This document shows positions 13,562 through 25,110 of a stretch of 64,000 nucleotides of DNA, one piece after another (the first letter of the stretch is position 1; the number at the start of each line of letters is the position of its first letter). Source of the stretch: Sphagnum compactum (lineage: Eukaryota). The notes under the pieces were generated by a model. The model was not told the DNA's origin. It made no database searches and was given only the letters and a program-made list of their open reading frames with translations. The stretch lies in the NCBI GenBank assembly GCA_965153455.1, contig OZ234494.1, positions 9,486,001-9,550,000 of the forward strand. Reading direction: 5' to 3'. Both the position numbers and the translations under genes were made by a program.

Positions 13562-14052
13562 CTAACTAACCTTAACCTTAGGGTAAGGTATAGGGTAAAG
13601 CACCACGGTGAGGGCATTCCCCAAAAAATAAGGGCCTAGGATGAGGGTTATCATGGATCTAAACATATGCAAATTCCTTAGCATAAGGGACCGTAGGTAG
13701 GTAGGTAGGAAACAGCAGTAGAGTAGAGTAGAGTGCCATAGGTACGTAGGCAATAAGGCCGATAAGGGGCAGCCTTGGATGGATCCTGGATCGTAGCAAA
13801 TCCCTATGCCAGCCTGGTAAGGGCCGACTAATGTGATCCCAAGGCCACACACTATGCCCCAGAATATGCCCTTTGAGTGACCTGTTATCTTGCATCGAAG
13901 GCATGGAACTATTAGGGAACAGCTGGGGAACCACTGGGGAACATTGCACAACTCCCGGGATTCTACTGAATTCGCAGTTGTGCTGATTTGGACTCCAACT
14001 CTTGCCACGTGGGTGTTTTAAAAGTGACCTTCCTGATCTTTAACATATTAGA
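13562..14052 (-). mobile_element. Possible non-autonomous Helitron-like element
   Basis: Minus strand starts TCTAATATGTTAAAG at 14052, the same 5' motif as 4997/5264. The body is GC-richer than its flanks and has TAGG runs. The 3' end (TTAG|T near 13562) is poorly defined. Confidence 0.35.
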
Positions 14053-15084
14053 GAGTGAGGTGTAGACAGCAGATTCTGCCATGTAAGTGTGAACATTGCC
14101 ATAAATTGTTGGCCACTCAATCGGACGAGGAGTTGGGCCAATTCTGGAACACTCAAGAGTCTGAAAAAGGGCTGAATCAGTCAGCCTTGACCTTTACGTG
14201 TAGTGAAATGTGATGTACAATTTTGTTTACATTTTTTCTTTTTTTTCACTTTTTCAATTTTGTCATGTAGCGGAAGTGGTGACCATCCATGAGCCAAGTT
14301 AGCCAAATTTGGTTATCAATTTTTTTTTGAAATTAATGAATTTAAACATCCTTATATTTTTTGGCTACTTAATTGAAACCATGTATAGAAAAATCTGGCA
14401 ATTTAAACATATTTTCTGGAAAAAAAATCCAAAATTTGGCTTTCATTTTGAAAAAGATCGTTGAATTCATGACCCAAAAAATTTCTAAATTTCACAAGAG
14501 TGCCAAATTTCACACTAATTTTTATTCTTTTTAAAAGACGGATCTTGTCAACCGTATTGACGATGAATAGACTGACCAAGTCTTGGACCTTATTTGCAAG
14601 CACCAACTTGACCATGGGTCCATAAGTGGAATCAAGTCTAAATGGATCCCTCCTTTTCATAGCACGTGCTTGTTGTTGTGGGCCAATTCTTGTAATTGGA
14701 GCAACGAGTTCTCTTCTTTCCCTATTCCACCGTTGCAAAACAAACAATAAACGAGGTTTATAATACCTACTTACTTCGGTGGTACTTAACAACCCAAACC
14801 CACCCACTCTCCCCCTTCTCGATCACTATGTAATTCTTACCCTCCTTGTTATGATATTATTATAACTCTATAACTAATCTCAAGGCTCAACACAAGCCAA
14901 AATATCGTCTTTCAAAAATCCTTATAATAAAAAATTAGACCTATTACATACCTAGGGGCCAAAGTCCCTTAAGCTACTAATATTTTGTAATAATTAATGT
15001 TAATATATTGACACTAATATTATTTTGTGTAACTCTTGTTGGTGATAATATTAACATTAATTTTGGGGTGTTTTTTAAACTGAT

Positions 15085-15925
15085 GTTTGTGTGAACTGTG
15101 AATCAAATTGGGATTAGGCTAGGCTTAAGTTTGGCTAATTAGGTTAGCCCTTAAATTAAGCATGCATTAAAGAGTGGCTAATTGTCTGAAAAAGGTCCAC
15201 AAATCTTTGTAAAACCATGGCCTGTTATGTGAACAGAATTGGGATTAGGAAAGGATTAACTGTGGCTAATTAACCCTTAATCGTCATAGTGGACAGATGA
15301 ATCTTTTGTAAACCATGGCCTGTCAGTGTGAACAGAATTGGGAATTAGGAAAGGATTATCTATGGCTAATTCAGTTAGCCCTTAATTAAGTAAGTGTTAA
15401 GAGTGGCTAATTGCCCTGAAAAAGGCTGAGACATCTTTGTAAACCATGGCCTGTCGGTGGGAACAGAATTAGATTAGAAAAGGATTAACTATGGCTAATT
15501 AAGTACCTGGTAGTTCCTAACTAAGTAAAGCATTAACAGTGACTAATAGCGCAAAAAAGTTGTAAACCATGGCCTGTCGGTGTGAAGAGAATTGGATTAA
15601 GAAAGGATTAACTATGGCTAATTAATTACCTAGTTCCTAACCAAGTAAGCATTAACAGTGGCTAATAGCGCAAAAAAGGCTGACAAATCTTTGTAAACCA
15701 TGGCCTATCGGTGTGAAAAGGATTGGATTATGAAAAGGATTAACTATGGCTAAGTAAGTACTTCCTAAATAAGTAAGCATTAAGAGTAGCTAATTCCGCG
15801 AAAAAGGCTGACAAATCTTTGTGAGCTATGGCCTGTCAGTGTGAACAGAATTGGATTAAGAAAGGATTAACTTTGGCTCATTAAGTTAACCTTTAATTAA
15901 GTAAGCATTAAGAGTGGCTAATTGC
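15085..15925. repeat. Tandem array of ~6.5 diverged ~130-bp units immediately upstream of EXO70
   Basis: The core GTAAACCATGGCCTGTC.GTGTGAACAGAATTGGATTA.GAAAGGATTAACTATGGCTAATT...TAAGTAAGCATTAA.AGTGGCTAAT recurs. GTGTGAA-type anchors lie at ~15090, 15229, 15327, 15457, 15580, 15711 and 15839. Confidence 0.9.
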
Positions 15926-16577
15926 ACGAGAAAGGCAGAGAAGACGAAGCGGAAGCACAAAAGAAAAGAAAAAAACACGCAAGAAAAGAAAATTCGCTCG
16001 TTACTTTACTGGCCTTGTTGAGGTGGCTATGGCGGCCTTGCTCTCTTGTCTTCGCAGTAGCACGTTCCGCTTGTTTGCGTCCCTGTTTCTCTCGCATAGT
16101 AGCTCGCAGCCATGGTCGAGATAGTCCAGAGAAAGGCGCACATCGCTAGCTTTATTTTGATCTAATTTCCTCGTCATTCGGTGCTGTTTTGGAACAGATA
16201 GTCCATACCCTAGTACGGGCTCCTTCTGTGAGGAAAGAGAGAGAGGGAACCGCAACAGCAGTGGCTTGCTCTTTTTCTTCTTCTTCTCGGGAGAGAGGGA
16301 TGGGAGAGATGTTTTCTTCTATTTGCGCTTGCCTTTGGATTTCGTTTGTTTCTGAAAGAAGATGATGCAATTGGTAGCTAGAGTGGCGAGGAAAGGTTTT
16401 GTTGCTGGAGAGGACAGGAATTTTGTGTGTGTGGAGCTTTCTTGAAAAAGAAGCTTGATGGCTTGATGAAGGTTTGATGTGTGGAGGTAGTAGGAAAGGA
16501 GAGGAGAGGAGAGGAGTCCTCTTCTTCGTAGAGAGGCCGGTTTAGTCTAGAGAGGAGTCGTTGTTGCTTTGCGAGTC

Positions 16578-19193
16578 ATGGCGTCACCAGATGGAGAACA
16601 GCGGGTACTGATGACAGCAGAACGCATAGTGAGATCGTTAGGCACAACAGATACCATGACAGACGACATGCTGCAAATTCTCTCCAAGTTTGATCACAGA
16701 TTCTCCATCATGCACGACAAGACGAAGAAGTCGGAGTCGACTAGTTCATGGGACTCAGACGAGGCGGCCGCGGAGTACCAGCAACAGCAGCAGCCGAGAA
16801 GAAGCAGCAGCAGCAGCAGCAACTCTCGACGACCTTCAAATGTTTCACGGAACACCACAGTCGCTAGTGCGATGGCAAATGAATCCAGTCTTGATCATGC
16901 GGAAGATGTGATAGGGCGGTGGGATATGAGATACTCAGAGCAAGCCAGGCAGCAGATGATCTTCGAGTGCCCGGAAGAAGAGGCTTCCACTTACCTGGAA
17001 GCTGTGGACGAGGTACAGAAGGTCTTGGATTCGTTGTCAGTAGTGCAGCAGCAGCAAAACAGCAGGGACCCGGTAAAAACAACGACAACGCTGGAGAGAG
17101 TGCAGAACCTGATTGAGCTGGCCATGGGGAGACTGCAGGAGGAGTTCCGGCACTTGCTTGTCAAGAACAGTAGATCCGTGGAACCTGAGTCGTTGTTCGA
17201 CTCGCTGGCGGCAGGATCGTTCCAAAGCTCTTTGGAGGAGGGGGAGAATGATGCCGCCGACGATGCCCAAGAAGATGCCGAAGCGAGTGAAAGCTCCGGA
17301 GAAGAAGATAATGCAGATGAAGACGTTCTTCCGGTGGCAAGACCTGCACCCCTGGTGCAAACGACAATGGATTTGGTGCCTCCTGACGTTGCCATCGACC
17401 TTGCGAGTATAGCGCAGCGTATGATCGCCGCCAAATACCAGAGCGAGTGCTGTAAGGTGTATGTGAATTCCAGGAAAACTGCACTGGAGGAGAGTTTGTC
17501 TGGACTTGGGGTTGAGAAGCTCAGCATTGATGAGGTGCAGAGGATGCCCTGGGCAGCCCAGGAAGACAAGATTAGGAAGTGGATCCAGGCCATGAAAGTG
17601 GGAGTCAAGGTGCTGCTTGCAAGTGAGAAGATGCTCTGTGATCAGGTCCTCTCTCAGTTTCTCTTTCTAATCATGTCAGCTTTCTTTCTTGCACACCATG
17701 CCACATAAAGACTGAAGTTTGCATTCAAGGCACTCAGTGGAACACCCACAAAACTTGATCCTTTCAAGGACCACCCAACAGAGAAACTGGTTTCTTATTG
17801 ACTAGCTCTTGTTTTTCACCCTTCAGACCATCCCCAAAAGCATTTCTTGAGCCACAGCACATAAGACTGTTTGCATTCAATGCACTTAGTGGAACACCCA
17901 AACCCTCCAAACTTGATTCTGATTCGAAGGATACCCAACAGAGTAACTGCTTTCTTTATTGACGAGCCCTCGGTTTTTCCACTACCTTGCAGACCAGCCC
18001 CCAAAGTATTTCAAGGAATTCAAGCCTATGTGTCCCATTCATGCCTGTTGTTTCTAAAGTTTCATCTCTTTTGCATGCTTCTTTCTTTGCAGGTGTTTCC
18101 AGCTCCTGTATCAGAAACGTGTTTCAGTGACATTGCCAAAGGTGTAATGATGCAACTGCTGAGTTTTGGCGAAGCTGTAGCCATAAGCCGTAGGTCTCCA
18201 GAGAAGCTCTTCAAGGTTCTGGACATGTATGAAACCATTCACGATCTTCTTCCAGAGGTTGAGAGTGTCTTCTCCGGAGTGTTTGGTGTGACAGCAGCGG
18301 CATCTGGGATTCTGATGCGGCTTGGAGAAGCAGCAAGAGGAACATTTGCTGAGTTTGAGAATGCAATCCAAAGAGATGAGGTACGGACTGCTGTGCCTGG
18401 AGGTGGAGTGCATCCTCTGACTCGCTATGTCATGAACTATATTAAACTCCTGTGTGAGTACAAAGATTCTCTGGAGCAGCTGTTTGGGGAGAAGAAAAAG
18501 GATGGCACTGAGCTTTTGGGCACCCACAATGGGGAGCGGGACTTCGTAGGTGACTATGATAGAGACAGCAGAGAGAAAAAGTCATGGTTAGCGGAGCGTA
18601 TAAAATGGGTGATCCAGGTGCTTCTCAATAATCTAGATGAGAAGTCTAAGAGCTATAAGGACTCAGCCTTGACTTACCTGTTTCTTATGAACAATGTGCA
18701 TTACATAGTACAGAAGGTTAAGTATTCAGATGTGATACAACTGATTGGGGATGACTGGGTAAGGAAACAAACTGGAATCTATAGACAGTGTGCTACAAAC
18801 TACCAGAGGGCGGCATGGATCAAAGTTCTTTCCTTCTTGAAAGATGAAGGCATACACAACTCAGGGAGTTTCTCAAGTGGTGTTTCTAGGGTGGTGCTCA
18901 AGGATCGGTTCAAGAACTTCAATGCAGCATTTGAGGAGGCCCATAAAGTACAGTCAACATGGATTGTTTCTGATACCCAGCTTCGTGACGAGCTCCGCAT
19001 CTCCGTTGCTGAAAAATTACTTCCTGCATATCGTGCATTTGTTGGCCGATATGGCAATTACTTGGAGACAGGACGGCATCCTGACAAGTACATCAAGTTC
19101 TCACCTGAAGATTTGGAAATTGCCATTGGGGATTTATTTGAAGGGTCATCAGGTTCATCGAGTTTCAAGAGGAGATCATTCACAACACAATGA
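16578..19193 (+). CDS. EXO70: Exocyst subunit EXO70 (EXO70.2 clade, B/E/F-like), 722 aa
   Basis: Exon 1 16578-17645 (ATG GCG TCA CCA...GAT CAG|GT) and exon 2 18093-19193 (TTGCAG|GTG TTT...TGA), joined by a phase-0 intron. EXO70 motifs: AMGRLQEEFRHLL, SPEKLFKVLDMYE, VPGGGVHPLTRYVMNY, LFLMNNVHYIVQKV, LRDELRISVAEKLLPAYRAF. Confidence 0.95.
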
Positions 19194-20488
19194 GCTATCA
19201 CACAAACTCACGTCTGCATTTGCAATCTGTACAGGGCATGAAGAGCCCAACTTGAAATAAGATCTTGCTCAATGTATGCTGGCTTTATTATTCTGTAAGA
19301 AATCCAAGTTTTTCAGTACCCGCTACAAGTGGACCAAATAGACATTGTATTCTAAGTTTATAAGTGGCACTTCTGATAACGATTAGACTTCTGCTCCAGG
19401 CAGACACAGGTGTGGTTATGGGTTTCTAGGTTATTGCAACAGAGTATGAACAAAGGGTTCTCTGGATATATTTGTATGGCAGTTGTTTGGATAGCACGGA
19501 TTAGTCATGGAAAGCACAAATGGTGTGTTTTGGAGATCAAGTCCACAGCTTCTGAAGGAAACATCAGACAGTAGTCAGAAAGATGTTGCCCGACTTGAGT
19601 CCCCTGGCCCCCACCTCCAGTTTGGTCCTCTTCTCTCTGTACTTGAGAATTGTGTTCACTTCAGAGATAAGGAGAAACTTCAAAGTATGCCAGAATCTTT
19701 GCCTACTGGCTATGCTTCGGTTGGTTTCTCTTGTGGTAGTGAGTTCCACTCATGCTGTAGTTTCTAATCATGCTCATTTCCTGCCACTCTGCTTCTGGAT
19801 GTGGGGCATGAAGGTTCCTCAATAGCAAAGCAAATAGTTGCCCTGTGCGTCTGACTGTGTAATGCCCCATGAAAACATGCTGGCATCAGCAATATCTAAT
19901 ATGTCCTAGGCATTGCTTCAATGAATTGTAAGTGCATTCCTTCCCTGACCCTGATTTTCTCTGGGATGTAGTACTTTTATCATAAACTTGAGTTGTTACA
20001 GGGGATGGGAAATAGGTACTGAGAAGAAAGGCAGAGAGATTGACAGCAAACCATGAGGTAAGTCAAGTTCCTGGATTTGGTCTTGTTTTTCACTCTGACA
20101 GTTTCATCTTTTCTTCCTTGACAGAATTTTTTGATATTAGGATGTTTTATCCTGCATAGTGCTTGCCTCAAAGGTCTCCTCTCTTCTCCCTGTTCTCTTT
20201 TACATACTTTCTTTGGGTTTTTCCATTGCTGACATTTTCCCCTTTCTCTGTTCCTCTTGTGGCTTGGGTTTTTTTGTTTTTTTTCTGTTTTAGGTTTTGT
20301 TGTTTTGTTGTGCTAGCCAGCATCATGGCTATCATGGCTAGCTTTTCTTGTTGCTACCAGACTTGTGACAGAAACTAAGTACAGTGGTTAACGGTTGGCA
20401 GGAACCTGCATTGGGTGCCACAAACTGATGAAGTCAGTCAAGTTGCTTTGGTAGGTGTTCAATGCCCCCCTACATGTTGCTGATGAAT

Positions 20489-20563
20489 TGTTATTGAAGG
20501 TCCCTGGTTGAAGGTGAACTGTTATTGAAGGTCCCTGGTTGAAGGTGAACTGTTAATGAAGGT
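20489..20563. repeat. 31-bp tandem duplication (2 perfect copies + partial)
   Basis: TGTTATTGAAGGTCCCTGGTTGAAGGTGAAC at 20489-20519 and 20520-20550, with a partial third copy. Confidence 0.9.
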
Positions 20564-20983
20564 GACCATTGCACACAAATTTGCCCTTTTTTCAGAGGCA
20601 AAATTGCTAGATTACTAAAGAACACGGATCCTCCCCCAAACATTGGCTTTGATTGCCAAACTGACCATATAAACTGAAATGCTGTTGTGTGTATAGTGAC
20701 CAAGAGAGGTGTCCCAACATGTGCTTTTATCTGCTAGCTGAGGTACACAGTTGGCACCAAGCCTACTTGTCAGAATCCTCAATGAAAGAATTGATTATGA
20801 TTGGGAATTTGTTCTTTTCTTTAGGAGGAGTTTTTACTCTTTTTCATGCTTGTGGATTGGTTGTTATGTTATCAGATCATAAATACCAGTACCTTTATTA
20901 TCATCAGAACCAAGGTTTTTAATAAAAATAATAAGTACATAAACACATTTATAATTTATAATTTTATTATTATTATTATTTTA

Positions 20984-21366
20984 TTTTTTCCAATTTTGTG
21001 ATGTACTTACACTGGTGATCACCCACAAGTGGAATTAGCCAAATTTGACTAAAGGTCAGAGAGGAAAGTAGAAAATTTAAGAAACCTGCTATATTTTGGC
21101 GACTTGCTTGAAACTATTATCTAAATATGGCAATGTCAGAAATTCTCTGAATATGGGAATACATACAAAGGATTTAAAAATAAAGGCTCTAACTCATCAG
21201 ATTTTTAACCCCCAAATTTCTTCTACAAAGTTCCAGCAGATAGCCAAAATATAAAAGGATTCTTAAAATTTTCTACTTTCATATCTGGTCTATAGCCAAA
21301 TTTGGCTAAATCTTCTTATGGATGATTGCAAGATTGGCAACATCACAGAATTGAGGAAAAAAAAAA
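20984..21366. mobile_element. Foldback/MITE-like element with ~130-bp imperfect terminal inverted repeats
   Basis: The left arm TTTTTTCCAATTTTGTGATGT...TTAGCCAAATTTGACTA...GAAAGTAGAAAATTTAAGAA...ATATTTTGGC matches the reverse complement of ~21235-21366. Partial arms of the same family lie at ~14250-14410, 27210-27345, 35558-35710 and 60510-60670. Confidence 0.75.
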
Positions 21367-22359
21367 TCAAACATACAAAACCCTGACTAAGTACTCTATA
21401 TGTATATGTACGTAATTGTATTACTATATATATCCTTCTGGAAATTTCAACTCAATTTGGCGATTTTTCACACAGAATTTATTATGCACCATATGACAAT
21501 CATATTCTCATCCATGAACAGATGGGTATTCATCTGATGGAGTCATCTGTCATCCAGGAAGTGAAAATGTTAGTTAATACACCAGATTTGCACTTTGTGA
21601 AACAAGTGGTGTGTCACACTGTGACCTTGCCATTTACATTAAAAAGTATCTTAAGGCAAAAGAAGAAGAATTATGGGAACTCAAATATTTCACTGTGCAA
21701 AAATATAATCTTCCAAAAATCTTCTAAAAGAAACCAAAATCCTTCAAGATATTATAACTCTGACCAATTTACTCAGCTAAACCGGCACATTTTGACTTTT
21801 TCGCAATAAATTTTACTGTCTGGAGTCAGATACGGAGCACCACCGGTGGAGACGCTCTAACTAATCTCAAGTTTCAACATAAGCCAAAATATCATCTTTC
21901 AAAAATCCTCATATAAAAATAGACCTATTATTACACCAGGGATCAAAATCCCTTAAGCTACTATACTCTATAATGAATCTAAACACAATATCCTTCTTGC
22001 CTTGGTAGTATGCAAGGCCAACAAAACATAAGCGGGACTCTGCTCGCCGTTGCAGACAACTTGTGAAGCAAAACAAGGGGCGGAGGAGGGGTTTCCTGAC
22101 AAGGAAGGTGCACACATGTCCGCTGCAGCCTCGACCATGATGGCCGTAGCGGCAACAACAATATCTTCCATCGATGGTGTGTTTCTTCTGATGGCATAGA
22201 CAAGGGTTTGATGACTTTACGTAGGTCTGGAGTTGTGAAGACTGGAAGCTTGTGGCTGAGACTTGTGTTGTTGTAGTCCCGGGTGTACGCACGCACGCAC
22301 GCAAGCATCCATCCCACGGGCATATCTCTACGGAGTCTGTCTGGATTGAAGGAAAAAAG

Positions 22360-23586
22360 ATGAGTTATTTGATGCAGAGCTTGACGAAGAAGGAGGAAGT
22401 GGACGAGCTTATTCGAAACACCATCGACAAAGTGCTTGTGCTCCGCATCGGCCGAGCTTCCGATCCTGTCTGCATGCAGTTGGACGAAATTGTAAGAGAG
22501 ATTCTCTTTGTGTTTTTATGCATTTGTTGTCCATATGCGAGAGTCATAGAATCAAGCCCCAAAAGAAAAAATCTTCTCCTCTTCATTTTCTTATTCTTCA
22601 CCTCCTCGATTGGTATCGACGAGCTTGAGAAGTAAATTCTGATGCGCGGTGTATGTGTGTGTGTGGATGTGCATGAGGTGAGCAGCTGGCTAAATCTGTG
22701 AGAGATGTATCAAAGTTTGCATCAATAGGGTTGGTAGATGTGGATGCAGCAGAGATTCAGGTTTATGTCGGCTACTTTGACATCACTCTCATTCCTGCCA
22801 CCATCTTCTTCTTCAACGCACATCACATGAAGATGGACTCTGGGTAAGTAAGAAAGTACTCTTGTGCTTTGTTTGTGCATTTGCAATCCAGAAACCCTTG
22901 CAGCTTTTCCCATAATTGCAGCATTTCCACATGTTTTCACAGAAGACTGTAGTCATCTTAACAACTGTTTTCCAAGATTCTGAGACTGAAAACATAGGTA
23001 CCCAACTTTTAGGATTTTAAGGTTTAGGGTTTAGGGGTTTCTCTGTACTCAATGATCAGCTGAATTTTTGCAGTTCTGCATCTATTACTGCAGGACTCCT
23101 GATCATACAAAGTGGATTGGAGCTTTTCACAGCAAGCAAGATTTCATTGATGTGGTTGAGGTATGTTGTGGTTTATCGGTTAGAGAACTGCATCAAAACT
23201 CTGCCAGATTTTTTCAGTTTTTTTTTCCCCTCTCTCTCTCCATGCCAAACTGAACTTCTTCTTTTGGTCTCATTCATTGCTACCTTGATCAAGTCCTGAC
23301 ATTGATGCTTGTTTGTGAGAAATGGTACATGGAAGGAACCACAGCTTTGTTGCAACTGCTTTGTAGCTTGGGGACTGGTGCTTTCTTACAGAGGTACATC
23401 AACAACACTTGACGAGCAATTGGGAGTAAATGATTTACTATATCAAAATGGGGTTTCCATAGATATTTGTGTGTTCCATGTATGCAGGTAGTGTACAGAG
23501 GAGCAATGAAGGGTAAGATGATTGTGACATGTCCTCTTCCACCTGAGCGAATACCAAAGTTTCAGCTTCTTTACAAAGACATTTAG
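22360..23586 (+). CDS. TXNL4B: Thioredoxin-like protein 4B (DIM2/DIM1-family spliceosomal protein), 151 aa
   Basis: Exons 22360-22491, 22686-22843, 23094-23160, 23488-23586, all GT-AG, 456 nt. Protein: MSYLMQSLTKKEEVDELIRNTIDKVLVLRIGRASDPVCMQLDEILAKS...FFFNAHHMKMDSGTPDHTKWIGAF...VVYRGAMKGKMIVTCPLPPERIPKFQLLYKDI*. Confidence 0.93.
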
Positions 23587-25028
23587 AGGCTGAGAGCTGA
23601 GACTTTGAGCCAGTTAAGACTCTGATTCATGCTGCAGAAAGGAGCTCATGTGGCAGGGCAAGCATCATCCAGTGTTTGCAGTGCACACACCTCAAAAAAG
23701 GTTAGTGCAAGTTGCGACGGGTTAGCCACCATTAATTGCCCTGCCAAGACTGGCATGGCACTGTGTGTGTGTCTCTTTGGGTATTTCAGAATTTCAGAGT
23801 ATGGGGATTTGTAAGGAATAAGAACCTGAAAGGATGCTGCAAATTCTGTATCTACTCAGGAAACCCTAAGCTTCAAAAGTGTTGTCACTACCCATTCCAG
23901 TTCAGATGTAGAGGAGTTTACCTCAATGTCAAAGGCATGTCAAGAACATCCAGAACGTGAGGCACATCTGCATTCAGTAATCCATGAAACAATTGTACTT
24001 ACCTACAATTCGTGTTGGAATTTGATTCAATGTTGTGTTGTCACACAGACAGTGGCAGTACAACCCAAGTATCAAAGCCTGAATATGTTCAAGGTGCAGG
24101 AGGTCCCCACCACTATGCTCTATGCAGCACCTTTCTGTACCTTGTGCTTAGATGCTTGCTTTGTATAGGGGGAACTGAAATGAAGCTTAACCTGACAAGC
24201 TTGTTGTAGCTTGAATGAGGGTACTGTTTGGTTTTTTTTAATTAGGTATGTTTCTGCTAGCTGACATTATGAAACAGGAAGTCTGGACACAGATTTTTGT
24301 AAGATTGTTTGCCTTAAATTTTGATCAGTTTGTCATATAGTTATCTACATCACCACCAGGAGCTGATGAAGTCAGTGGGGGGGAGTCATGGCAGCTAGTC
24401 ACTGCCAACGATGATCAAGGTGATGGTCTGATGCTTCATGAGTGACACTACCATGTTTATGACTCCACTCATGGGTTGTTTGGGTTAGGCCAGAACTTTA
24501 CATACCAGTTACATTGAAAGTATTTTTGTGGACAACAACAATCTCATTGATATGCATCAAAGCCTGATGCAAAAAGACAGCATCAAGAATTTGTTCGACT
24601 TTCTTTCTATGAACATCACAACATTTGCTCGATCGTCATGTTTGAACTATAGAGAACCGGCCTACTGAATTTCTGAGTGAAGGGTATCCTATGACGACAA
24701 GGAAGGATAAAGGTGCAGACAGAGATGCAAACTTAGAGTGGTTTTTGTCTGCACAAATCATGTGGAAAATAAATTGGAACTGGTCTTGGTTTCTGGTCTC
24801 AGTTTTCATTTCCTGTACCAAACACTTTGTTGTTGAATCTCAAATGTTGAAAGGTGTTTAGTCTAAACAACCTTAAATCGGCATGAAGTTCATGAAACAT
24901 TATCCAAAATGCATTTAATGAGCTTATTTCATCCATTCACATTACATTGATCCCTTAGGCTTTCAACCTTCGTGTCAAGTAAAATGGTACTTTAACATGT
25001 ATTTTCTTCCAATTGGAGATTTTGAATT

Positions 25029-25110
25029 TTGATGATCATAGGTTTTTCAAGTTCTAGTGTAAAACGGGCTTGATGATCATAGGGTTTTCAAGCTCTAGTG
25101 TAAAAGGGGC
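25029..25110. repeat. 41-bp tandem duplication
   Basis: TTGATGATCATAGG(T/G)TTTTCAAG(T/C)TCTAGTGTAAAA(C/G)GGGC occurs twice. Confidence 0.85.

Noticed and set aside
15085..15925. CRISPR-like array
   Set aside because: Whole units are homologous, with no unique spacers. The context is eukaryotic and there are no cas genes.
16690..19260. Numerous alternate-frame and antisense ORFs over EXO70 (likewise 50743-51330 over PAT)
   Set aside because: Expected shadows of GC-richer coding sequence; no independent evidence.
20056..20124. Strong donor GAG|GTAAGT and nearby acceptors downstream of EXO70, suggesting a 3' UTR intron
   Set aside because: Cannot be supported without transcript data; such motifs arise by chance.
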